Below the pieces are notes generated by a model. That model did not search any database. It saw only the letters and a list, made by a program, of their open reading frames with translations, and was not told the DNA's origin. Positions 13,447-25,830 of a DNA stretch of 64,000 nt are shown here, piece by piece; the first letter of the stretch is position 1; every line of letters begins with the position of its first letter. This DNA is from Camelus ferus. Taxonomy: Eukaryota. The DNA is taken from assembly GCF_009834535.1 (NCBI RefSeq), contig NC_045697.1, forward strand, positions 118,174,001 to 118,238,000, in the 5' to 3' direction. Position numbers and translations under genes: made by a program.

Positions 13447-13760
13447 CCACTGTGGAAAACAGTATGGAGATTCCTCAAAAGACTAGGAATAGACTTACCA
13501 TATGACCCAGGAATCCCACTCCTGGGCATATACCCAGATGGAACCCTACCTCAAAATGACACCTGCACCCCAGTGTTCATAGCAGCACTATTTACAATAG
13601 CCAAAACATGGAAACAGCCTAAATGTCCATCAACAGATGACTGGATAAAGAAGAAGTGGTATATTTATACAGTGGAATACTATTCAGCCACAAAAATGAC
13701 AACATAATGGCATTTGCAGCAACATAGATGTTGCTGGAGAATGTCACTCTAAGTGAAGTA
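13447..13760 (+). pseudogene. L1 ORF2p extreme C-terminal remnant
   Basis: Translates [30 protein letters not shown]...[26 protein letters not shown], the conserved segment just after the CCHC knuckle; end approximate. Confidence 0.9.
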
Positions 13761-13816
13761 AGCCAGAAAGAGAGAAAAATACCATATGACATCACTCATA
13801 TGTGGAACCTAAAGTG

Positions 13817-13862
13817 AAACAAAACAAAACAAACAAAACAAACAAAACAAAACAAAACAAAC
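13817..13862. repeat. (AAAAC/AAAC)n microsatellite in the L1 3'UTR
   Basis: Seen directly in the sequence. Confidence 0.9.
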
Positions 13863-14303
13863 ATGAATGTGAGACAGAGGCAGACTCATAGACATGGAGT
13901 ACAGACTTGTGGTTGCTGGGGGGGGGTTGTGGGGGGAGGGGACAGACTGGGATTTTAAAATGCAGAGTGGATGAACGGGATTGTACTGTGGACCACAGGG
14001 AAGTGTGTACAGGATCTTGCAGTAGCTCATAGTGAAAGAGAGAATGTGACAATGAATATATGTATGTTCATGTACAACTGAAAGATTATGCTCTACACTG
14101 GAATTTGACACAACGTTGTGGAATGACTATTACTCAATTAAAAAAGTTAAAAAAACAACAACAAAACAACAACAACAAAAAAGATTTCATTTATATAATA
14201 ATTTAAAAAGACTAGGAAATGTTAATGTTTATAGATAATAGTTGATCAAAGTATAAAGAAAAGTAAGGAAATGACTATTTGAGGGGAAAAAACCAAAAAA
14301 AAA

Positions 14304-14621
14304 GGACACAAATGAACTACTTATTATTTATAACTTAGATGACTGATTTCTTGAATATGTGTATAAGCATATCTGACTGTCCTTTATGATCAGATCACCA
14401 CACTCTGTTGATTCTTATTTTGTAGTTGGCTTTATTCCTTTGATAACTATGTAAGTTTAAAAAGCTAAAGCTCTAAACTGTACTTAGAAGCAATGATCAG
14501 TACATACATGTAAACTAAAAAAATGTGCAGTATATTGTATATATGTATTTACATGCAATGCAATGTATATGTGCAAACTGTAATAATTCTACTTAATAAA
14601 ACTGAAAAAGGGGGGAAAAAA
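14304..14621 (+). mobile_element. L1-derived repeat with non-canonical 3' tail, copy A
   Basis: Starts GGACACAAATGAACT (L1 3'UTR), then ~290 nt shared with 53456-53841 in inverted orientation; AATAAA at 14595-14600 and A-rich end. Confidence 0.8.
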
Positions 14622-14896
14622 GAGAATGGGACAGAGTAGTAGAAAGGTTCTCAGGTGCTGGCAATATCTCACATGTTGACCGTGGCTGTGGTTATACAGT
14701 TACATTTTGTCTGGTGCACTTTTTAAAATTCCACAGTAGTAAGCTGTAAAATTAGGACTGTTATTTTATCAATTAAAATGGAAAATATAAAATAGAAACT
14801 AGTTAAGAGGGTGTGAGGACACAGTCATTCTAATTCCTTGCTGGCAAATGAAATTGAGAATAGACAGCTCTGAGGTTTTTAAAAAGTAATGCTTTG

Positions 14897-15770
14897 TGTT
14901 ACCACACACCTACTAGAGTAACTGAAATCCAGAGCACTGACTACACTGGATGCTGGTGAGGTTGTGGACCAAGGAGAACCCTCACTCATCGCTGGTGGGA
15001 ATGCAACATGGAGCAGCCACTGTGGAAGACAGTTGGACAGTTTCTTATAAAACTAAACACACTCTTACCATATGATCCAGCAATTTACTCTTTGGTGTCT
15101 ACTGAAAAAGTTGAAAATTATATGTCCACACAAAAACTTGCACATGGGTGTTTATGGCAGCTTTATTCATAACTGCCAAAACTTGAAAGAAACCAAGATG
15201 CCGTGCAGTAGGTGAATGGATAAACTGTAGTACGTCTAGACAATAACATATAATTCATCACTAAAAAGAAATGAGCTATCAAACCATTTAAAAACATAGA
15301 TGAAACTTAAATACGTATTACCAAGTGAAAGAAGCCAATATTTAAAAGGCTACAAACTGTATAATTCCAACTGGATGACATTCTGTAAAAGGCAAAATTA
15401 TGGAGATAGTAAAAAGATTAGTGGTTGCCAGGGGTTGAGGGCAGAGCAGGGGCTAAATGGGTGGAGTACAAATGTTTAGGCCAATGAAATTATTCTTTTT
15501 GATACTATAATTATGGATACGTATCATTCATTATGTGCTTATCCAAGCCTATAGCGTGTGCTACAGCAAAAGTGAAGTCTGATGCGAACTGTGGACTCTG
15601 GGGGACTGTGTGTCCACGTAGGTCATCACTTGTAACAAAGGTACCACCCTGGGGGATGTATATAATGACAGAGATTCTGCACGTGTGAGGGCAGGGGTGT
15701 ATATGGGCCCTCTAACTTCCTCTCAGTTTTGCACTAAACCAAACTGCTCTAAAGTCTTTTTAAAAAGAAG
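14897..15770 (+). mobile_element. Old L1 (L1MC1/2-like) ORF2 end + 3'UTR
   Basis: GCAGCCACTGTGGAAGACAGTT...CTTACCATATGATCCAGCAAT...AAAGGCAAAATTATGGAGATAGTAAAAAGATTAGTGGTTGCCAGGGG...AAACTGCTCTAAA. Confidence 0.8.
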
Positions 15771-16269
15771 AAAAGTAAGGTTTTTGTAAACTGCTTTTGT
15801 CAAAGAGAATTAGACTGATTTTTACATTATATAAAGATTACTTTGTACATTTTACCCATTTAGTAATTTCTTTTGTATACTTATTTTGTAATTTTAGATG
15901 AAAGTTTATTTTCATAAAGTAATAGTATATTTTATGTTAATGTTTAGACTTGATAAATAATATTTATACTTTTTGTTGAAAATGTAGTTTAATATTTATT
16001 ATTGGAAGATTAGGTGCCATAAGAACCCAAACACCTTATTTTGGGTTGCAGGTAACTTCTGCCACAGATATTTTTCTATTAGCAGATGTAAAGATGCTTT
16101 GGTTTCTTTTTTTGTTTCATTTAGGTGAGTTCAATTTGGATGCTATGAATGTATATTGTTCTCAAAAACTTGCTAAATATTTGCTCAAAATAATTTACTA
16201 ATTTTCCTGGGTTTGCCAAAAACTTTTAAAAGTCAGACTTCATCTTATTTACAAATCAAAAATGTATTT

Positions 16270-17280
16270 GTTGTATTTCCTGGATACTAAGAGAAGACAG
16301 GAGGTTTCTGAGTTCGATACAAAGGATTTTATTACTCATGCCCAGCAAGTTCCATGAGAAAAATATTATATTGGGTCCCCCTCCCCCAAAGGAGTGATGG
16401 AGAGTGGCCCTGGCAGGGGACACAGATGTAACAAGCTTGCATCTTAGCTGAGGAGCCCAGATTTGCAGGAACCCTGGCAGAACAGGGCCTTAGATGGAGA
16501 TATTATCTTTGTGACACTGGACAGTATAAAAACCTTCCATTTGCTCCAGAGGGAAATACTAGCTCCATCTTGTAAGGCTCTATTTGTTATAAAAACATCC
16601 TTGAAAAGTAAGTCTGGGACAAAGGTAACCACTCTTTTTCCTTGTGAGACACACAGGAACATGAGAGACCCACCACGAATCATCTCAAGACCAAGTTCAT
16701 CCATAGTTTCCAAAGTTTCTTGGCTTCTGCTGAATTTTTCCATGAATACACTTCTGTCTGCCACTCTAATTAATTGTACCCACAGTGTCTGGGGCCAAAT
16801 TTGTTCAATTTTTCCTGCACAGCATTAAATTAGGTCCTGCACTCCAACAGGACTCCAAATAGCAGAATAAGGCCCACCTGTCATGGTGACCTCCAAGGTC
16901 ATGGACCCAAACAACCCAACAAACCATCAGGCCTGCTCCCTCAGTTGCTGTGAGCACCTTTTCCTTCGCCTGAGGCATTACTTCAGGTACAGCAAGATGA
17001 ACTGGTGATTGCGTGGCCTCCACCTAGAACCATAAGGCAGAAGTCTCAGACGATTTTCTCATAGCAACCCAGACCAGTGAATGAAGACTGATCTACAGGC
17101 CTTTGGGGGCCAAGGTAGTATCACTGAGCACCATGACTAAAGTTAGACAACATTTTATAATACCTATCCTCCCACTGGATGAGTCCAATTTTAGAGATGA
17201 TTACCCACAGGGTAAACATATAGAATCAGCAGACTCTGAAATCTCTACACAGTTTACTCTGGTCAGTTAATTAGTGCACA
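16270..17280 (-). mobile_element. ERVL-type LTR (MER54/MER74-like) with possible adjacent internal remnant
   Basis: GAGAAGACAGGAGGTTTCTGAGT...GGATTTTATTACTCATG (minus-strand AATAAA)...GCTCCAGAGGGAAATACT...AAACATCCTTGAAAAG; internal assignment is weak. Confidence 0.5.
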
Positions 17281-17319
17281 GAGAATTTCCTTAAATGCCT
17301 TGAGACAATAAGTCTTTCA

Positions 17320-18545
17320 TTCTTTGCTGAGGGGCTGTGTGTACGTGTGTTGGGCACGCATCTCAGTGCTCAGGTTGCTCACAGCTCTGCCTTAGCCTTG
17401 GCTTCCTACTTGTGCAGGGCCTCCAGGTCACCCAGAGGTGAGCTTGCAGCCCTCCTAGGCATTTCTGGGCATGCCCACAGCCCTGCATATGCATGTGACT
17501 TTCTATGTTTCCAGGGACATATCAGAGCTTTCAAATGAGACATCTTTATGGATGTCTCATTCCCAGGTCTTCTTTCCACATTTTTGGCCAGACTCTTGTT
17601 TGCCCCAGCTTGTCTCTAAACCTCAGTCAGATGCTACATGAAGTAATTGCTGCTGATTTTTTTTAGAAAAATCCTAAGTATAGGGCTTTTCCTGTTCAGC
17701 AAGCTCCAAGTCAGGTGGAACCATGACAAAGCCCCTCAGACAAGACTTTTCCAGGGATCTGCAGTGGGGAGGGGATTTGGGGGAATCAGCCCCATTATCC
17801 CACCTCTAGTGGAGGCAAAGCTGCTGATGTCAACAGTTACCATGGTGATGTGACCACTGTATCTCAAGGCTGCTGTGAAGCTGGGGAGAGAAGGATGGAA
17901 AAAGCCAGTGAGAAAGCTACCACTTCTGCTGTTCAGTCCTGAGCTTCAGTTGTTTGTCTGCAGTAGGTGATCCTCTGATTTGCATTTTTCTTTCAAAACT
18001 TGTTTAAAAAACAGACTCACAGACTTAGTAAACAATCTTATAGTTACTGGGGAAAGGGGGTAGGAGGGGGTAAATTTGGGAGTTTGAGATTTGCAAATGT
18101 TAACCACTATATATAATAATAGATTTTTTTTAAGTTTCTTCTGTATAGCACAGGGAACTATGTTCAATATCTTGTAATAACCTTTAATGGAAAAAATATG
18201 AAAACAAATCTATGTATGTATATGCATGACTGGGACATTGTGCTGAACACCAGAAACTGACACATTGTAATTAACAGTATTTCAAAAAAAACTTGGTTAA
18301 TATCCAGCACTCTGAAAAAAATAGATTTTAAAATTCTTGGTCAGCATTTTGATTGTTTTTTATTGAGAATCTGATTCTCATTCTTTGAGTTTCGGTTTTC
18401 TTATGAGTAGTTCTGTTCTAATTTGCTTCTCAGTGTCTTGTGATGGTGGCTTTATGAGTTCTGCTCCTCAGGGCTTTTAGCTGAAATCAGTAGGAAAGAT
18501 ACAGTGGCATATGCCCACTCCATCGTAGCTGCAGTTGGAACCTCT
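17320..18545 (-). mobile_element. Old L1 5'UTR (L1M4/L1MC-type) split by a young L1
   Basis: CAGCTCTGCCTTAGCCTTGGCTTCCTACTTGTGCAG...ACAGCCCTGCATATGCATGTGACTTTCTA...; ends ACTCCATCGTAGCTGCAGTTGGAACC. Confidence 0.65.
18008..18287 (+). mobile_element. 5'-truncated L1 3'UTR
   Basis: TSD AAAACTTG(T/G)TTAA at 17995-18007 and 18288-18300; same 3'UTR type as 57085-57370. Confidence 0.9.
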
Positions 18546-21500
18546 ATGTCATGTGCTTTATTCAAGTTAAAGCAGGAACATTCTACTTTATGAAAGATTT
18601 ACTCCATACATCAATAACTTATAAACAACAACAAACAACAGCAGCAAAAAAACTTTCACATTTTCTTGATTTTTCAAAGCCCAAAACAACCAAGATTATT
18701 ATAAGTATGCTTATGCATTAATTGTAATTATACTGATGGAGCATTTTCCCTTATAATGCCGCATATTTTATAGCACCTATTCTTTCAAAATTAATATCAA
18801 AATATTTTTAGTTTAGATAAATGTTTTCATGCAATTATTAACAAAAATGTGGAGTCATATACGTATGTGTAGCAAAATAAAAATTTGGAAGACTATAGTA
18901 AGCCCCCCACAGTAGGCATTACTATAAGGGCACATTTAACGCTCCACGTCGGGTTGTTATTAAGTAAAAAGGGCTTTTAAAAAAAGAGTTGTTAAATGGA
19001 TTAAGATCAAAGGATGAGCATTCACAAGCTTTATTCATTTTCCGAGTTTTGAGGGAGTTTTCTAAAAATACACATGGTGCATTTACCACATCGTGTAGAG
19101 CCAGAGTGGAGCTCCAGACCTCGGCTCAGACGCGGTATCAGGAGCCTGACTGCAACCACGTATATTAATACACTAGGAAGCCTGTGTGTTTCAGGTGGGG
19201 GCTTAGGAATCACAGTTTGAGAGCCATCAATTTAGGTGCTCGAGTACTCCCAAGGTATTCAGCAAGGATGGCAAGAAAAATATGCACAAAGATGTATATG
19301 TTGTTTAATATGACTATTAAAATTCACTTGTGATCAGTAACATCTGCATTTTCATAATCTAAGGAATAGTAATTAATTAAACAGAACACTATTCCTGGGG
19401 AATCTATCTTAGCCAAAATTTCACATCCATTGTTTTTCACTTGTTCTTTGTGATAGCTATTTGGATTGAAAGAGAGCTTTCCTATTCAAAGATTCTAGAA
19501 TCTGAGGTACAGAAAGCATAAAAGTAGACTGCAGCGGTGGGGAGGCTACCAGAGAACATCATTTTATAATTCCACCCAACAGATGAACACATTTCTCCAA
19601 AGTTTGCAAATTCAATATAATTTCTCTATTATGTTTCAAAGGAAACATCGAACTTAACTCAAATACTCAATGATCAAGAGAGTAACAGATTGCTATTAAT
19701 AATATTCTGCAAATATGATTTTTACCCATAAGGAAAATTGCTCATTGCAGGAGAAAGAGGAGGGGCGGGGCGTATGGGGGTGGTGTAATTTGCACACTCT
19801 ATTTCTGTCATTTCGTGCTGTATAATCTCTCTTCAACCAGACAAGCATGCACTAGGATCAGATAATTTTGATTATTATTTAATTTAAAATACTCTAAATG
19901 GGAAAATTAAGAATGCTTTGTTTTAGAAAAGAAGTGGAATTTATACCGTGAAGCAAGTTCAGAATTATAATATGCCTAATTTTATAACACAGAATTAAAA
20001 CTATAATCAGGAATCATCCACTAAGTTTAAGAAAACTTAAAATATACTGCAGGCTAAAGTATTTTGGCCTGACTTATCAAAAAAAAATTATATCTGTTCT
20101 TTATCACACTATTTTTTTTGAGACAGAAACTTAATCTTACATTTGTAAAAATGGTGAAATCTTCAAAAGTATTTCTCAGAATGCTTCTTTTGGTTTTCTT
20201 TATTATATCTTTTGGTTCCATTTTAGAGCCTGGGTGCTTTAATTGTCATCTCTTAGCAGTCAAGGGACTAACTTAAATGAATTTTAGGTGAAAGAACTGA
20301 TGGGCTTTCCATGCTCTTGGACAGACATCAAAGGAAGAGAGCTCTGTTTTATTCCCTGTGATTTTCTTAGGCTTTGAGAGCCAGGAAGTATCATCAGAGA
20401 ACAAACATCCAGCTCAAGATGAAAAAGAAAAACAACAGTGTTTCAGTCCCATAAAACGGTCTCCAAGTTATCCTGGAAGGAGGAGGCAGATTTTGAAAGG
20501 GGTATTAAAAGATCTCCACACACAAAAACAGCTCTAGATGACACAACACACTTTCTTTTTGCAGAAGTGTTTGAGGTGCTAAGAACACAAGGTTTGCCGA
20601 CAAATCTATGGCAAAAACCACACAATTTTCTGCTGTCAGTCACATAATTGCGCCCAGGAGAAACAGGTCCTCAAGGAACTCCCGAGCTGGGAGCTGAGGG
20701 AACACAAGCACAGTTTGCTCTAGTCTTAGGGACTGGTTCCACCCGGAAGCATCCTCTTTACTCACCCACAGGGAGTAGACTGAGGACCCATCAGTTTCAC
20801 CTAATCTGACACCTCCTCCCTGCAGTCTCCCTGCTGCTACCAATAGTTAATTGTGGTTGTTTTAACAATTCAAGGACATTCACCTTTCCAAGGATTCGGG
20901 TAGGGTGATAGAAGATAGTTACTGACTATTCCCCAAATGCATCCTGCCCCTTCTGTCCAATTCACACCAAATACACTACAGACAATAACAGAACAAGGTA
21001 CAAAGCTCTTAAGAGAAGGTCTGGTAGATTGAAACATACCCTTACCGAGTTAGAGATGTGAAGACATGAACTGTGGTTACTGACAGTCACTCCCAGGGGC
21101 CAGGCTCATCCGTGCTGCTTCACGATTTTCATTTTAAATACAGATGCTGTTGATTGATTCCTTCTCAGATGAAAGCCTCTCATAGAATGAGCCCAGTTTC
21201 TGGCCTTACGCAAGGAATCATTGTATCGGTTAGAGACGCTTTGCCACCATTCTATCCACCTGCCAGAGAATCTAATGGCTTACTCAGCAGCGATATTTAA
21301 AATGTTCAACAAGTGGCGTGATGCTGAAATATCACAGTGTGATGCAGCCAATCATGGTGGCCATGGCCATGAACCACCATCAGGGCCACGCCGCCTTAGG
21401 TCGTCCCAGGTGGTGCTTCAGCTCTGGTCCTCCTGAAATACCCATGAGTTCCCAGAGCCTTCCCTGTTCAGGAGCCAGCCCTGACTTTCTGCTTCTGCAC

Positions 21501-21929
21501 AATTGCTCTTTTCTGCACTCCCTTGTTGCTTTTCATTTCTTTCTACCAAAGCTATATCAGTTAAATAACCAAAGCGGAAAATGTGTTTATCCCATAGCTA
21601 TCAATTTACAGAGCCTATGTATCTCTACACCCTTGAGATTCAGGCACCAAGGCAGGCAGTGATGTGACAGAAATTAGAGCCACTGGTTAATAGACGTTCC
21701 CGCAAACGTGTAGCCACAAGGGATTCTGAGCAGCCCCGTGTCTGCGCTGCTTGCTGGGGATTCAGCATCCTGGCTGGACCCCTTCATGTGCTAAACCTCA
21801 GTTGCCTTTTAGTTCCTAAACCTATGGGGAGTAAACCTTTGCTCTCTATAGAGGACCAGGATGGTGAATTTTCCACATTAAAAAAAAATGATACTTGGAA
21901 AAACAAAACAGAACAAAGACATGTAATTT

Positions 21930-22065
21930 AACCTTTTTGTGTGTCAGTTTCTTCATCTGTAAAATGGATATAATAATCTACCATCTCAACGGCTGAGAAC
22001 TGAATGATTTAATGCATTCAAAACAATGCCCGACACTCAACAACAGTAGGTGTTACTCTTATTAT
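21930..22065 (+). mobile_element. MIR SINE fragment
   Basis: TCAGTTTCTTCATCTGTAAAATGGATATAATAAT core. Confidence 0.7.
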
Positions 22066-25000
22066 TTAACCTGATCACATTGTAATGACTCATCGACACA
22101 AATACCATCATTGCCATCACCATCACTGATGCTCCCACACACGTAACCTCCACAGGGGATCTCTGTAAAACAGTCTGCCAGAGTTTAAGATCATGGTATC
22201 AGAGCTCACACTATCACACCAGAAACAATTTCTTTAAAGTTTAACATTACACTGTCCTTGCTGTTAAAAGTCCTCTGACCATTTTCGCATTGCTCTGTCA
22301 TCTTGCCAAGTGGCTAGGTCCCCTCTCCGTTCCAGGAACCCTTGCATATTTATTAAAAGTTTTGAACTGTATTCCTCTTAGACTTCTCATTTCTCAACTC
22401 ATGAATATTCTAATTATTTTGCTAAAAATAAATCCACACATACATACATACATAAAGTCAGCTTCTTCCCAAGGTGAACTGTCTGCCCTGCTGCATGGTA
22501 TTAGCTTTCCTCATCACAGAATGAGACGATTTACCTGGCGATATTGGCAGATTGCTCTGGGACTACTCACGTCCTGAAAATAGGTTACTTTCAGTGGGAA
22601 ACGGTATAACACGAGGGGTGTTGTTTTGTCAATTTTCCATGGTAATTGGTCATTTATTCTTACTTTTTTCCATAAAACTCATAGTAAGCTTTTTAAATCT
22701 GTTTGTATCCACGAATTTCCCAGCCATGAAAATAATTATATTTAAATATTTAAAATAATTTCATGATGATTAACAGATGGAAAATTTGAAATATGCAAGT
22801 TTGGGAACAACAAAAATCACAAATATTTAGTAATAACCATGGCATTTAGACACTTTGTGATAGGACAGCATTTACTAATTACTTACCCGTGTATGATGCT
22901 AAGCTAAGAGAAACTTAAAAAACTAGCTAACTAATGTGGTCAGGGCCCAAACAGTCTGTGATTGGTTAACTCTCTTGCTCTGTGTGTGGTGCTAATGAGG
23001 TCCAGATCAAAGTGTGTTCTCTGTGTGGGCTGGTTAGGTTGACTCCTGGCCATTGCTGTGTATTTCACTCCTAACTCCATGCTTAACTCTTACACATGTG
23101 CCACAGGTCCTCAGGAGAGACAAGACACAGAGTACATGCACACTTGCAAACTCATCAGCTCAACTGGACAAACAAGACATGTGTTCTTCTAGTGGGAAGT
23201 CAATCATCCTCATATGACAATAACACACCCACTTCTAACAGTGTGGTCGTTGTTGAAAGTGAACAAAACCAGTATTCGGACATGCCTGGCAGGGCGTACA
23301 CAGTGACTTCGCAGGTGCTACGTCACTTTCTATAGGCATTCAAAGACACAAACTCTGCACATCGACCTCACGTGGATGCAGAACGTGGAAAAGTAGAAGA
23401 TAACTGGAAAACCTATACAGACAAGGAATTTTCTTATTAGAAATAAAGTAAAAGGAGAAGACAGGTTTCAAAGGATTGAGGTAGAAGCCCAGCTTACTCA
23501 TATTACTGTGAACATCAAATGTTTTATGGGAAAAAAAGAATGTATAGATTGTTAGTAAAGTAAAAACAAAATCACCAGTAATGACCACAGAGACAATTGA
23601 TCAATATTTTGCTTAAATGTTGGTTACGACATCCACCGTCACTAGTCAAAGAGTTTTTGCAAAGAGTTTGGTGATATTTCAGTTTTTAACTTTTCTTTCT
23701 CGAATTTTCATGGCAGTGTCAAAATTGAGTCTTCCTTGAGGCAAAGCATTCTACAAATACTGGTTTTGTTCATTTTTAACAATAAATCAATAAATGAATA
23801 TATTAATTTGAGCAGAAGAAATATTTCAAAGGTTGAGACTTAGTTCTCTTGAAATTCCTACCTCTGTCCAGAGATGATTTGTCCAATATGCCTGGGCCAT
23901 TCTCAAAAATATAAATTTTTATATTCTTGCTTATTTTGCCTGAACAGATTATGTGGTATTTAAGAATAATCTTGTATAGATTCATGTTATTGCTTAAAAT
24001 TTTATTTTGGACATTATGAGTTCTATAACTAATGGGGAGCTGAAAACTAAGGTATTTAGCCAAATGGCTCAGGTTAAAATAAAATATAGTTTTGAGACCA
24101 AAATCATTCCCAGAGTTTTGAGACATTGAGCTAGATATATATATTTTTTTTAATTTTCTGAAGCCTGAAAAAAATGGCTCATTTCCAATCAAGCTTTAAT
24201 TCCTGTCCTGGGTATGTTTTGGTAACCAACAGGAAGACATAAATTTTTTTTGATTAATTAGGAATGACTTATAAAAGCTATCTCTACATACAGTTTTGCC
24301 CAAGGAGAAATTCATCTTTAACAGATTTCTTAAGCTTGAACTAAGGAGGCAGTATTCAGCTCACTGGAAAGGACTCAAAACTGCTTCACAGGAACTAGGC
24401 TGTTTTTAATGATTTCTTTCTAAATGTAACTTTCATCAAAAAATGAATATCTTACTCCAAAACAATAACGTAATTCAAAAAGGAAACGCAGTGGCAATAG
24501 AATTTAGTGATAACAAGAACATGGATCTTCTACAAAATAAATGCAGGAGATACACAGGGTCCAGGTTTTTGAGCATTGCTGTTCTCTACACGTTTATGGT
24601 TCTCTTCAGTAATCGGGGTGTTGCTGGTGGACTGTAGGGTGTTTTCTGTAGTGCAAACATCTGTGGGCACAATTCTGGATGTAAGAAGTTAAAAAAAAGA
24701 AAAGGTGAAGTTATGAAATGTAAGGGGTTAATTCAACTAGTTCTATGATTTTAACTTTCACTTTAAAGGCACAGTAGGTTACAGTCATGGGAAAAAGAAT
24801 TACTCCAAGCCCTGGAGCCTGGACTTTTAGGCACTGCAAAGTGGGCAGGGTCAAGTTTAATACGAGAAGGCAAATATTTAACTTTCGAAATCAAGGCATT
24901 TTGACAGTTTTTGAGATTACAGAATATTAATAAAGGACACTGTATCTTTTCCCTCATTTGTGTTGAGACTTTATCATAGGGCCTGAGCACATTTCTTGGA

Positions 25001-25273
25001 AGATTTTTGTTCTCTTTTCTTTCTTGACCTCTTAAAGATACGTTCAAAAAGTTAAGGACATTTGGTCTCTTCCATTGTTCATTTTGAGGCTTTACCGTAA
25101 GACTTGAGTGTATTTCTTAGAAGATTTTTTTTCTCTTTTCTTTCCTGCTTTATTTTTCAAAGGCATGTTAAGTCTCTTCCTTTATTTTTTAAAGGTATGT
25201 TTAAAAAGTTAGTGCTCTGAACAGAAGGAACATTTGAGAGAAACATTGGCTTGGTTAATCATTTCTCTTTCTA

Positions 25274-25399
25274 TTTTTTTTTTGGGGGGGGGCTAACTAG
25301 GTTCACTCATTTAATTTTAATTTAATGGAGGTACTGGTGATCGAACCCACAGCCTCTGCATGCCAAGTTCGCGCTCTACCTCTGAGCTCCACCCTCCCC
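25274..25399 (-). mobile_element. tRNA-derived camelid SINE (Vic-1-like)
   Basis: Same family as 9113-9232: A-box-like AGCTCAGAGGTAGAGC, B-box GGTTCGATCAC, CCAGTACCTCCATTAAA, C-run and polyA. Confidence 0.88.
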
Positions 25400-25539
25400 T
25401 TCTTTCTTGTATCTGAAAATTGAAACTGTGTGACGATCCCAAGGAGACTGGGCTGCATTCCGTGTGTCCAACAGATCAGTTCTGGCAGAACAAGCACTTT
25501 CACAGTCAGAATCTCAAAAACCAAAACTGCAAGCAAAAG

Positions 25540-25830
25540 AGCAATCCGTGTACCGCGCGTGTGGTCCTCAAGGAAGCTGAGGATAAACACGTAACCTGCG
25601 AAAACTTTTGTTGATATTTAAGGTCATGGCACTGACTGCATGAAACACCCGAGACAAAATGCGGCAGACGAGACATCGGCTCCCGCTTCACAGCCTCGTA
25701 GCTGCAAGAACCCCCCGACGGAGGGTGGGGGTGGGGCCCCCGCGCTCACGGTGCGTCCCGGAGGGCGCGGGGTTTCACTTACCGTCGGCTGTTCTTCATT
25801 CTGCTCGACTGCTATTTCGGGTGTTTTTTT
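25540..25830. promoter_or_regulatory. Small non-repetitive CpG island
   Basis: Dense CpG (CCGCGCGT, GCGGCAGACG, CCCGCGCTCACGGTGCGTCCCGGAGGGCGCGG) in AT-rich surroundings. Confidence 0.6.

Larger units (their letters stand above)
11119..14180 (+). mobile_element. Internally deleted LINE-1 (5'UTR + ORF1 + ORF2 C-terminus + 3'UTR + A-rich tail), half-L1-like
   Basis: 10-bp TSD AAGATTTCAT at 11109-11118 and 14181-14190, preceded by TTTT (L1 endonuclease-type site); GC-rich 5'UTR starting with CAAGATGGCGG; ORF1 remnant; abrupt jump at 13446/13447 into the ORF2 C-terminus; G-rich 3'UTR and A/AAC tail. Confidence 0.95.

Noticed and set aside
16444..17023. Overlapping ORFs of 106, 121 and 72 aa
   Set aside because: Inside a degenerate LTR/ERVL remnant with no intact retroviral domain motifs
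18894..18926. Imperfect 11-bp hairpin TATAGTAAGCC...GGCATTACTATA
   Set aside because: Too short for a pre-miRNA or MITE; expected by chance
20361..20540. Acceptor followed by a ~55-codon open frame (FESQEVSSENKHPAQDEK...)
   Set aside because: No recognised homology and no linked upstream exon; compatible with chance
22870..22925. Minus-strand microexon-like 12-17 nt unit (similar 10-nt case at ~63105-63114)
   Set aside because: Such short acceptor/donor juxtapositions are expected by chance in 64 kb, and no host gene was identified
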